NCBI GenBank assembly: GCA_012797605.1
Contig: JAAZOT010000043.1
Coordinates: 2,296 to 66,295, forward strand
Source of the DNA: Spirochaetales bacterium
Lineage (GTDB): Bacteria > Spirochaetota > JAAYUW01
Length of the DNA: 64,000 nucleotides
Reading direction: 5' to 3'
Positions 53,840-62,454 of the stretch are shown here, one piece after another. A model generated the notes under the pieces. That model made no database searches, was not told where the DNA came from, and worked only from the letters and a program-made list of their open reading frames with translations. Position numbers and translations under genes: made by a program. Position 1 is the first letter of the stretch, and each line of letters starts with the position of its first letter.

Positions 53840-55414
53840 TTATGCGAAATAATCTTTCAATTCTTCTCTGAAATACTTATTTGCAGAAGAGATAGGTAGG
53901 ATTAAAGATTGTCCTAAAGCACAAAATGATGCTTTTTCCATTGTTTTAGCTATTTTAATGCTATCTTCCCAATCTTTTTCGGATAGTTTTCTCTTATATA
54001 GGTCAATTGATCTATCTAAAAGTATCTTTGTACCGATTCTACATGGGCTGCACTTTCCACAAGATTCATGGGCAAAAAACTTCATGACAGATCTTAAGAA
54101 ATCTGGTATCTCTGCTTTTTGGTCGAGTATTAATATAGCCCCTGAACCAAGAACGGCTGCATATTCACCGAGAGAATCATAATCTAGTGGTGTATCAAGC
54201 ATCTTCTCTGAAATTAAAGCACCTGCAGATCCGCCGATCTGAGCTGCCTTAAAAACAGATCCTGGAGCCATTCCGCCGGCGTATTCATTTATTATCTGCC
54301 TCAAAGTTATGCCCATTGGAACTTCGATAAGCCCTGGATGATTCACTTTACCCAATATTGTATATACCTTTGTACCAGGTGCATTTTTTGTACCAAAAGA
54401 TTTATACCAATCTGCCCCATTTAGTAAAATATTTGGAACATTAGCTAGAGTTTCAACATTATTTACAACAGTAGGTTTGTTTCTAAATCCAACCTGACCA
54501 GGGAATGGTGGTTTTGCTCTTGGATGACCGCGTTTACCTTCCATAGATTCTATAAGAGCCGTTTCTTCACCACAAACATAAGCTCCTGCACCTTTTCTTA
54601 TCTCAATATCGAAGGAAAAGTTCGAACCAAATATATTATTGCCAAGAAAACCATATTCTTTAGCATCTCTTATTGCTTTTGCAAGTCTCTGAATAGATAA
54701 AGTATACTCACCTCTAATATATACATAACCCTTAATGGCTCCTACTGCATAACCACAGATTGCCATTCCTTCAATAAGTTTATGAGGATCACCTTCAAGT
54801 ATAAGCCTATCCTTAAATGTACCTGGTTCACCCTCATCAGCGTTACAAACTACATATTTTTCTCCTGAAAGGGGTGCAGTGAAACTCCATTTTAGACCAG
54901 TTGGGAATCCAGCGCCTCCTCTTCCTCTTAAGCCAGATTTCTTCACTTCATCTACCACTTCTGCAGGCTTCATATTTGTAACAACTTTTCCAAGTGCCTC
55001 ATAACCCATAGTAGCTATATATTCTTCAATAGATTCTGGATTTATTACACCAGCTCTTTCAAGGACAATTCTATTCTGCTTCTTTAATGTTTCTCTTGTT
55101 GGAGTTATAGTGATATTTGGAATATCAAAAGATTCTGACAATACAAGTCTTTTAACTGGTCTACCCTTTAAAAGGTGTTCATTTACAATCTCTTTAACAT
55201 CATTAACAGAAACATTCGTATACAAAACAGAATCAGGGAAAACAAGTATAATAACACCTTTACCTATCAAGTTTACAGAACCAGTTTCGGAGATTTTTAC
55301 TTCTTCCAAAAGATTTGCAGATTTGATTTCTTTTTCAAACTCATATTTTACTGCATAAGCTCCAGCATCTATTGTATTTTGATCTATGACGAAAAGAAGA
55401 TGTGTTCTATACAT
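53840..55414 (-). CDS. hydB: [FeFe]-hydrogenase NuoF-like flavoprotein subunit HydB
   Basis: GLRGRGGAGFPTG, VVCNADEGEPGTFKDR, and the 4Fe-4S motif ESCGKCSPCR...FCALG. The start was moved to ATG 55414, 5 nt after GGAGG, giving an 8-nt overlap with hydC. Confidence 0.85.
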   Translation of the reverse strand: MYRTHLLFVIDQNTIDAGAYAVKYEFEKEIKSANLLEEVKISETGSVNLIGKGVIILVFPDSVLYTNVSVNDVKEIVNEHLLKGRPVKRLVLSESFDIPNITITPTRETLKKQNRIVLERAGVINPESIEEYIATMGYEALGKVVTNMKPAEVVDEVKKSGLRGRGGAGFPTGLKWSFTAPLSGEKYVVCNADEGEPGTFKDRLILEGDPHKLIEGMAICGYAVGAIKGYVYIRGEYTLSIQRLAKAIRDAKEYGFLGNNIFGSNFSFDIEIRKGAGAYVCGEETALIESMEGKRGHPRAKPPFPGQVGFRNKPTVVNNVETLANVPNILLNGADWYKSFGTKNAPGTKVYTILGKVNHPGLIEVPMGITLRQIINEYAGGMAPGSVFKAAQIGGSAGALISEKMLDTPLDYDSLGEYAAVLGSGAILILDQKAEIPDFLRSVMKFFAHESCGKCSPCRIGTKILLDRSIDLYKRKLSEKDWEDSIKIAKTMEKASFCALGQSLILPISSANKYFREELKDYFA

Positions 55415-55874
55415 TTGAACCTCCTTTTCTAAGGCCATCAATGATCTGCTTTATCTTTTCCTTTGTAAGATTTCCATAAACAACATCATTTATCATACAA
55501 GCTGGAGCAACACCGCATACGCCCAAACATGCGCTTGTTTCAAGTGTAAAAAGCTTATCTTTAGTGGTTTCACCAATTTTATCAAGTCCTAAAAGTTCTT
55601 TAAATTCTTTTAAAATATCCAATGCTCCCATCACATGGCATGGTGCGGATTCACATACTCTAATAATGTATTTTCCTCTAGGTTCGAGGCTGTACATCGA
55701 ATAAAATGTAGCAACCCCTTGAACCTTTGAAACTGGGATACCAAGATATTTTGCAACTTCTTGCAAATCATTAAAAGATAAATAATGATCTACCTTTGAA
55801 TCCTGTATATCATGAAGTATGAAAAGAAGATTCTCTGGATCAGGGGCGTATTTTTCTATTATTTTTTTATCCAT
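55407..55874 (-). CDS. hydC: [FeFe]-hydrogenase NuoE-like 2Fe-2S subunit HydC
   Basis: VCESAPCHVMG...CLGVCGVAPACMIN. Length is 155 aa. Confidence 0.85.
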   Translation of the reverse strand: MDKKIIEKYAPDPENLLFILHDIQDSKVDHYLSFNDLQEVAKYLGIPVSKVQGVATFYSMYSLEPRGKYIIRVCESAPCHVMGALDILKEFKELLGLDKIGETTKDKLFTLETSACLGVCGVAPACMINDVVYGNLTKEKIKQIIDGLRKGGSNV

Positions 55875-55889
55875 TTTCGCCTCCCTAAA

Positions 55890-57632
55890 TCATAATAATG
55901 AATCTCGTTTTACATAGTGAGTATGGAGAAGTTCATGTGACTTATGACCGAGTGGTTTTTCAAGAAAATCTTTATAGATCTTTTCAATCATAGGATTTTC
56001 ATGTGACTTTCTAAGCTTCATACCACCATCCTCATCATAAAGTCCTTTAGCTCTTTCCATCCTTCTTGCGATTGTAGAACCATAGGGTTGTCCACCGCCA
56101 CCAACACATCCACCAGGGCATGCCATGATTTCAATAAAATGATACGGTGAAGGCTGTCCTTTTCTCTTTGCTTCAACGACTTTATCTAGAACCTTTCTTG
56201 CATTGCCTAGTCCATGTGCAACTGCACAGCTCAGTTCAGTACCAGCAACATTAACCTTAAACTCTTTGACGCCTTCGAATCCTCTTGCTTCTTTAATATC
56301 GCAAGATTCAAGAGCTTTGCCAGTAACAAGTTCGTAAGCAGTTCTTAAAGCTGCTTCCATAACTCCACCTGTCGTTCCAAAAATAGTAGCAGCGCCGGTA
56401 TATGCACCCATCAGATCATCTGGTTGAGAATCATCTATACTAGCAAGATTTATACCGACCTGTTTTATCATTTGAACTAGTTCCCTTGTCGTTAGAACAT
56501 AATCAACATCTTGAAAACCGCTTGAACGCATCTCTGGTCTTCTAGCTTCATATTTTTTTGCGGTACATGGCATTATTGATACTGTAACTATTTTGGCTGG
56601 ATCTATGTTGTATGCTTTTGCAAAATATGTTTTTGAAAGAGCTCCAAACATCTGTTGAGGAGATTTGCAGGATGATACTCCTTCTAAAATGTCTGGATAG
56701 AATGTCTCCATAAATTTGATCCATCCAGGTGAGCAAGAAGTTATCAATGGGAAAGGACCATTTTTATGAAGCCTTTCAATAAATTCGCTTCCTTCTTCCA
56801 TTATGGTTAAGTCTGCTGTAAAGTTAGTATCAAAAACATAATCAAAACCAAGCATCTTAAGTGCATTGTACATCTTGCCAACCAAGTTTGTTCCAGCTGG
56901 TAGATCAAACTCTTCTGCTAGTGAAACTCTTATAGCTGGTGCTTCCTGAACTATGACTACTTTTTCAGGATCATTTATAGCTTCCCAAACTTTATCTATT
57001 TCAATCGCTTCATGTAAAGCACCTGTTGGACAAACAGAAATACACTGCCCGCAGTTTATACAAACAGACTCTGCCATTTTACCAGATGGGGTTGTTATCT
57101 CAGTTTCAAATCCCCTTCCCATAGCCTCAATAGCAAAGACTGTCTGAATATCTTGACATGCTCTTAAACATCTACCACATAGGATACATTTGTCTGGCTC
57201 TCTTATTATAGATAAAGAGGATTCGTCTATAGGTTTTCTGTTAAGTACTTTTTGTATTTTGGTCCTATCTATCCCCAGTTGCTTTGCAAGAGATTGTAGT
57301 TCACAGTATCCATTTTTGACACATGTTAAACAATCATCTGGATGATTTGCCAAAATTAACTCGACAACTGTTTTTCTTGCCTCTATTATTTCTTTACTTT
57401 TTGTGTTAATCTCCATATTGTTTGTAACAGGAGTTGTACAGGATCTTTTATAACCTTTTTGACCTTTTACTTCTACAATACAAACACCACAGTTCCCTGT
57501 TGGTGTTAGATCTTTATGGTAACAAAGTCTTGGAATTTCAATACCCGCTTTTTCAGCAGCTTCTATAATATTACATCCCATTGGGACTTCAACTTTTTTA
57601 CCATCAACTATGATGGTAACTGTAGAACTCAT
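55890..57632 (-). CDS. hydA: [FeFe]-hydrogenase catalytic subunit HydA (M3 architecture)
   Basis: N-terminal 2Fe-2S (CYHKDL..GNCGVCIVEV), a His-ligated cluster (HPDDCLTCVKNGYCELQ), 2x[4Fe-4S] (CILCGRCLRAC, CINCGQCISVCP), and H-cluster motifs TSCSPGW, MPCTAKKYE and EIMACPGGCVGGGGQP. Confidence 0.9.
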   Translation of the reverse strand: MSSTVTIIVDGKKVEVPMGCNIIEAAEKAGIEIPRLCYHKDLTPTGNCGVCIVEVKGQKGYKRSCTTPVTNNMEINTKSKEIIEARKTVVELILANHPDDCLTCVKNGYCELQSLAKQLGIDRTKIQKVLNRKPIDESSLSIIREPDKCILCGRCLRACQDIQTVFAIEAMGRGFETEITTPSGKMAESVCINCGQCISVCPTGALHEAIEIDKVWEAINDPEKVVIVQEAPAIRVSLAEEFDLPAGTNLVGKMYNALKMLGFDYVFDTNFTADLTIMEEGSEFIERLHKNGPFPLITSCSPGWIKFMETFYPDILEGVSSCKSPQQMFGALSKTYFAKAYNIDPAKIVTVSIMPCTAKKYEARRPEMRSSGFQDVDYVLTTRELVQMIKQVGINLASIDDSQPDDLMGAYTGAATIFGTTGGVMEAALRTAYELVTGKALESCDIKEARGFEGVKEFKVNVAGTELSCAVAHGLGNARKVLDKVVEAKRKGQPSPYHFIEIMACPGGCVGGGGQPYGSTIARRMERAKGLYDEDGGMKLRKSHENPMIEKIYKDFLEKPLGHKSHELLHTHYVKRDSLL

Positions 57633-58027
57633 AAAGCCTCCTAATAATCAATTTCTTGTCTCTAGCTTACTTTTATCATTTAATTTATTTATTGCAACTT
57701 TTTATTATCTCTTTAACTATTATTTAATTATACCATTAAAACTTTGGATATTTTTTGATTGTATAATTTTCAGCTTAAATTAAAATTTCATTTTATTCAT
57801 AAAGATCTATTCAAAACATTAATTAAAAATCTACTAAAATCATAAGAGTAGGTAAATAAAGTAATCCATAATAAGAATATTATTTTTATACTTCATTATT
57901 TCTTTACTATCTAATTTTTTTCAATAAATTAGTTGTAAGAAAACTGATAGATCCTATTAATAGTATTTCTAATATTGTATAAGTTGCATTTGCAATATTA
58001 TTTAGTGCCATATATTTATTTAGGTAT

Positions 58028-58717
58028 ATGTTGAAAAACCTTAAAAAATTAATACATTTTATCCTATTATCTATAATAATCTTGCATCTTATCTACATTT
58101 TTTCCATAGGAATTCTTTCATTAATATACATAAAAGTGAATCCACCAATAAGTTCATTGATGATCTATAGAAGTATTTTTTATAATTATAAAACAATACC
58201 TATGAAGTTCATTCCTCTTTCTAATATACCAAGAATTTTCCAAAGGATGATAATATATATCGAAGATGGAAATTTCTATAAGCATAATGGTATTGATTTT
58301 GAATCCTTAAAAGAAGCTTACCAAACAAATAAAAAATTTAACAAGATAATCTCCGGTGCAAGTACAATAACTATGCAACTTGCAAGGACACTTTTTTTAT
58401 CACCAGATAGAAATTATATTAGAAAATATCTTGAGATTATTGCTGCAATTGAAATTGATCTAATAATGCCAAAAAAAAGAATTCTTGAATTATACTTGAA
58501 TTACATCGAATTTGGTAAGGGAATCTATGGGGTAGGCACAGCTTCATACTATTATTTTAAAAAGGATATCTCAAAACTTTCACAATATGAAATGGCAAAA
58601 CTTGTCACAATATTAGCCAGTCCTATAAAGTATGATGTCAACACTGCACTTAGAAGTAGAAAATTAAGACAGAGATTTTTCTTTTTAGATCAAAAATTCC
58701 ATATTACAAGTGAATGA
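58028..58717 (+). CDS. mtgA: Monofunctional peptidoglycan glycosyltransferase
   Basis: N-terminal TM helix plus the GT51 motifs IEDGNFYKHNGID, GASTITMQLAR and RKYLE. Confidence 0.85.
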   Translation: MLKNLKKLIHFILLSIIILHLIYIFSIGILSLIYIKVNPPISSLMIYRSIFYNYKTIPMKFIPLSNIPRIFQRMIIYIEDGNFYKHNGIDFESLKEAYQTNKKFNKIISGASTITMQLARTLFLSPDRNYIRKYLEIIAAIEIDLIMPKKRILELYLNYIEFGKGIYGVGTASYYYFKKDISKLSQYEMAKLVTILASPIKYDVNTALRSRKLRQRFFFLDQKFHITSE

Positions 58718-58721
58718 TTTT

Positions 58722-59921
58722 TCACCAATCTAAGTATTTTACTATTATCTGTTTCATCTTTTCTATAAATATATTTATCTGTTCTTTAGTTTCATCTAGG
58801 AAAAAACTTATTCTTATCCCTTTATCAGAAAGCTTTTCTGGTATTCCATAAAAATAACTGTCTTTAATCATCTTTTTCTTATTAGAAAAGCAAGCTGAAC
58901 CAATTGAAACCATTATTTTTTCGTCGTTTAAGATATTTTGAAGTACCTGAGAAGGTATTTTATTATTGTAAATTTTAATGATATATGGTGAAAAAGTTGA
59001 CTTTGAAAAAATCATATCTGAAAGAAAAAACAGATTTTTAGATAAAATTTCATCTTCAGTAATTAAGCTGCATAGATAATGCTTTTTTTCTAAATTTTCT
59101 GCAAATACCTTTTCTATTTTAGTATAAAGAAAATTACAGGTTGCTATTGAAGCAGCTATACTTGCAACATTTTCTGTAGATGGAAAGAGATTTTCCATCT
59201 GTCCACCGCCAAAAAAAATAGGTTTTATTTTTGTAAGATCCTTAAGATATAAGATCGAACTTCCCTTAAGTCCTCCAAATTTATGTGAAGAAAACGAAAT
59301 TGTATCGATATCGGAAATATTAAAAAAAGGAAGTTTTAAGAATCCCTGAACAGCATCTATATGAATGGTAATATTATCCTTAACTTTTCTTGAAAAATTA
59401 GCTATCTTTTCGACTGGTAAAATCAAGCCATTTTCATTATTTACCCATTGTAGTATTAAAAAATCAGGCTCAAACTCTTTAATTGAATCAAAATAGATCG
59501 ATAAAATATAATCCTCGATATCTATCTTTTCATTTAATTTGCTATAGAGTTTATCAAACCTTAATGCTTTTATTTCAACATCCTTTTGTGATTTTACAGT
59601 ATCGACAATCGAAGGATGATCAGACTCACAATATAATATTTTTACCTTTCTTTTTTTTATCTTACCTTTTAAATATTCCACTTTCCCAGTTATAGCTATG
59701 TTATTTGATAATGTTGCACTTGAGGTAAATATTAACTTCCCATATTTTGCGTCTATTATTTTTTTGAATTCTGTCTCAGATTTTTCAATGATTTGTTTAG
59801 AGTTTTTCCCTGCGCTATGTAAAGATGATGGGTTAGCGAAGTAACTATTCGATACTTCTACAAATTTTTTTATTGCTATATCTAAAGGCTTTGTGGTAGC
59901 TGCATTATCAAAATATATCAT
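58722..59921 (-). CDS. Class V aminotransferase, NifS/IscS-like cysteine desulfurase
   Basis: IYFDNAATT, the PLP-lysine context SFSSHKFGGLKG, and the active-site Cys loop SIGSACFS. Confidence 0.7.
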   Translation of the reverse strand: MIYFDNAATTKPLDIAIKKFVEVSNSYFANPSSLHSAGKNSKQIIEKSETEFKKIIDAKYGKLIFTSSATLSNNIAITGKVEYLKGKIKKRKVKILYCESDHPSIVDTVKSQKDVEIKALRFDKLYSKLNEKIDIEDYILSIYFDSIKEFEPDFLILQWVNNENGLILPVEKIANFSRKVKDNITIHIDAVQGFLKLPFFNISDIDTISFSSHKFGGLKGSSILYLKDLTKIKPIFFGGGQMENLFPSTENVASIAASIATCNFLYTKIEKVFAENLEKKHYLCSLITEDEILSKNLFFLSDMIFSKSTFSPYIIKIYNNKIPSQVLQNILNDEKIMVSIGSACFSNKKKMIKDSYFYGIPEKLSDKGIRISFFLDETKEQINIFIEKMKQIIVKYLDW

Positions 59922-60226
59922 TTTCTATTACCTGATTCTATAATAATTTTTATTGCATAATTTTTACAAAAATATTTTTGTTTCATTCTTATTATTTTTT
60001 TATTTTTATTTTATTATTTTTTTATTTTATTTCATTTATTTAAATTTTTTTTTTCATTTTTCTAAAATATTTTTTATTATTTCATTTTTGTAAAATTCTT
60101 TTTATCTTTTGTTATCTCTTAATTTTTAAAAATTTTGTTTATTACTTTTACTCTTTTCATAAGATCAATTAATACACGAGTAAAGAATAAATTGAGTTAA
60201 ACTAAATTGCATTATATTTGAATGTT

Positions 60227-61786
60227 TTATCTTTTTACTTTTTTTGCGAAAGACTCTACAATTTCTTTTAAGAAATCAATTCTCAAAAGTCTTGAACCAA
60301 GATAAAACAAAATTAAAAAAATTGTAGAAAAAAGAATTAATTTTATCAAATTGATAAAAAACTTTAAATTAAAAGAAGTCTTTATATATCCAATAAATCT
60401 AGAGGTAAAAAAAAGCAGTAAAGAAAGAATAGATGTTAAAAGTACTATTTTTATAGCAAAAATTAGATTTTCTTTGCCGATAGAAATTTTTAATAATATT
60501 TTTGCAAGTAAAATGAGTAAAACTAACTGGGTAAATGTATTTAATGTATTTGCAACAGCTATAGCATTTATCCCAAAAATTGGGGTAAAAATTTTAATAT
60601 AGATAAAGAAAAGGAAAATAGAAATAGAGGAGACTAAAACCTGTGATTTCCATATTTTATGAGAATAAAAAAGTGAAGTAAACATATTTGAAATTGTTAT
60701 AAAAATTATGCCTGGCATATAATATGCGAAAATAATAGAAGTAGTCTTAACATCATTTAAGGAAAAAGCACCATGATAGAAAATTAATTGAGTAAGTGGT
60801 CTTGCAAATCCAATCATATAACCAGCTATAGGAATGGTAAGCAGTAGTGAAAGTTGAATTGATCTTTTTAATGTCGCATTAAGTAGAATCTTATCGTTTT
60901 TTTGCACAAGCTCAGAGAAGGAAGGCAAAAATACTTGAGCCATTGCCACCGATAAAAGTCCTATTGGTAGTTGAAATAGCCTTTGTGCAAGGTAATGATA
61001 AGTCTGCCCACCATCAAACATAGATAAAAAGTAGGTTGAAATAAATATATTTACCTGATAAGTAGCCGAGGTCAATAAAGATGGTCCCATTAACTTAAAA
61101 ACACCATAAATATGGTTCCATTTTTTAGGCCATTTTAATGTTATCCTAATCCCATATTTATAGGCAAAAAAAAGGATAAAAAGAAGTTGGAAAATTCCAC
61201 CTAATACAACTGCATATATAAAAAGATTCAGTGAAATCTTCTTTATAAGAGCGAAATAGACTATTACAAGAATAAAAATAAGATTGAAAATAGATTGGGA
61301 TATAGAAGGTATAAAAAATTTAAAAATGGCATTCATAGATGAAGAGAAAAAAGACACTAAAGAAATAATAAAAAGATAGGTAAAAAAATATCGGGATAAA
61401 AATATTGTGCTTGAAATTTTTGTTGGTGAAAATTTATCGAAACCTCTTACAAGATATGGCATAAAAAATGGGACAAATATAATTAAAATAATAGTTATAA
61501 ATAATAGTAAAAAGATAAAAACAGTAAAAAAATTCGATTGAAATTCTTCCTGCTCCTTTTTATCTGCTATGCTTTTCAAAACAGGAATATAAGAGTTGGT
61601 CATAGCTCCTTCAGCAAATATAGATCTAAAAGTATTTGGGACCTTAAAGGCAGCATTAAAAATATCTTGAACAGATGGTTTAAAAAAATGGGTAACAAAG
61701 GTATCTCTTAAAAGTCCGAAGATTCTTGAGATAAATATCCCAGAAGATGAACTAAATATATATTTCACGGTTTTTTTTGTACTCAT
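60227..61786 (-). CDS. murJ: Lipid II flippase MurJ (MviN family)
   Basis: SRIFGLLRDTFVTHFF near the N-terminus and about 14 hydrophobic helices. Length is 519 aa. Confidence 0.8.
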   Translation of the reverse strand: MSTKKTVKYIFSSSSGIFISRIFGLLRDTFVTHFFKPSVQDIFNAAFKVPNTFRSIFAEGAMTNSYIPVLKSIADKKEQEEFQSNFFTVFIFLLLFITIILIIFVPFFMPYLVRGFDKFSPTKISSTIFLSRYFFTYLFIISLVSFFSSSMNAIFKFFIPSISQSIFNLIFILVIVYFALIKKISLNLFIYAVVLGGIFQLLFILFFAYKYGIRITLKWPKKWNHIYGVFKLMGPSLLTSATYQVNIFISTYFLSMFDGGQTYHYLAQRLFQLPIGLLSVAMAQVFLPSFSELVQKNDKILLNATLKRSIQLSLLLTIPIAGYMIGFARPLTQLIFYHGAFSLNDVKTTSIIFAYYMPGIIFITISNMFTSLFYSHKIWKSQVLVSSISIFLFFIYIKIFTPIFGINAIAVANTLNTFTQLVLLILLAKILLKISIGKENLIFAIKIVLLTSILSLLLFFTSRFIGYIKTSFNLKFFINLIKLILFSTIFLILFYLGSRLLRIDFLKEIVESFAKKVKR

Positions 61787-61934
61787 TTGAAAAATTCCAA
61801 TATCATATTTTTTGTTTTTTTTATTTAATATTTATTAATTTTATTGTTTATTCATTTTTTATTTTTTTATTTTTTATACCTTTGTTTATATCTTTTTTTC
61901 ATCTATGGAATCTAGTTTCTAATCTTAAAATTAA

Positions 61935-62435
61935 TTATTGATTTTGACTTTTTATTGTCTTTGATTCATAGATTGTCTTATTGTCATATTTAAGTTTTAT
62001 ATAAAAACTTGATGATCTTTTTTCTTTTAAAGAAAAAGATAAAATATAATGAATACCACTATTTTGTTTTATTAGTTCCTTATCCGATCTTAAATTTAGT
62101 GGATAAATTTCTTCATTATTTGCAAAAACAAGGCTACAAGATAATCTTGAAAAATCAAAAGGATCGTTGCAGCTTTCATTAAATATATATAGATTTGCAA
62201 AAAGATTGTATTCAGTTAATTCGGTATCAATATCTATTGAAAACCCATCTATAAATACTTTATTTTCCTTATTCAATTTATCCATAGCTGGCTTATATAC
62301 AAGGAAAAATACTAGTAACAAAAGAGCGACATTAGACAAAGTAAAAATTACATTCCATTTTCTTGTAGGTTTATTTTTTATATTATATGACTTTCTTTCT
62401 TCGGGCTTTAAAAAATACTTAAAATGATCCGACAT
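61935..62435 (-). CDS. Hypothetical membrane-anchored protein
   Basis: One TM helix (WNVIFTLSNVALLLLVFFLVY) followed by a ~110-aa soluble domain. No motif recognised. Confidence 0.4.
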   Translation of the reverse strand: MSDHFKYFLKPEERKSYNIKNKPTRKWNVIFTLSNVALLLLVFFLVYKPAMDKLNKENKVFIDGFSIDIDTELTEYNLFANLYIFNESCNDPFDFSRLSCSLVFANNEEIYPLNLRSDKELIKQNSGIHYILSFSLKEKRSSSFYIKLKYDNKTIYESKTIKSQNQ

Positions 62436-62454
62436 AGACCCCTCAATAAAAGTT

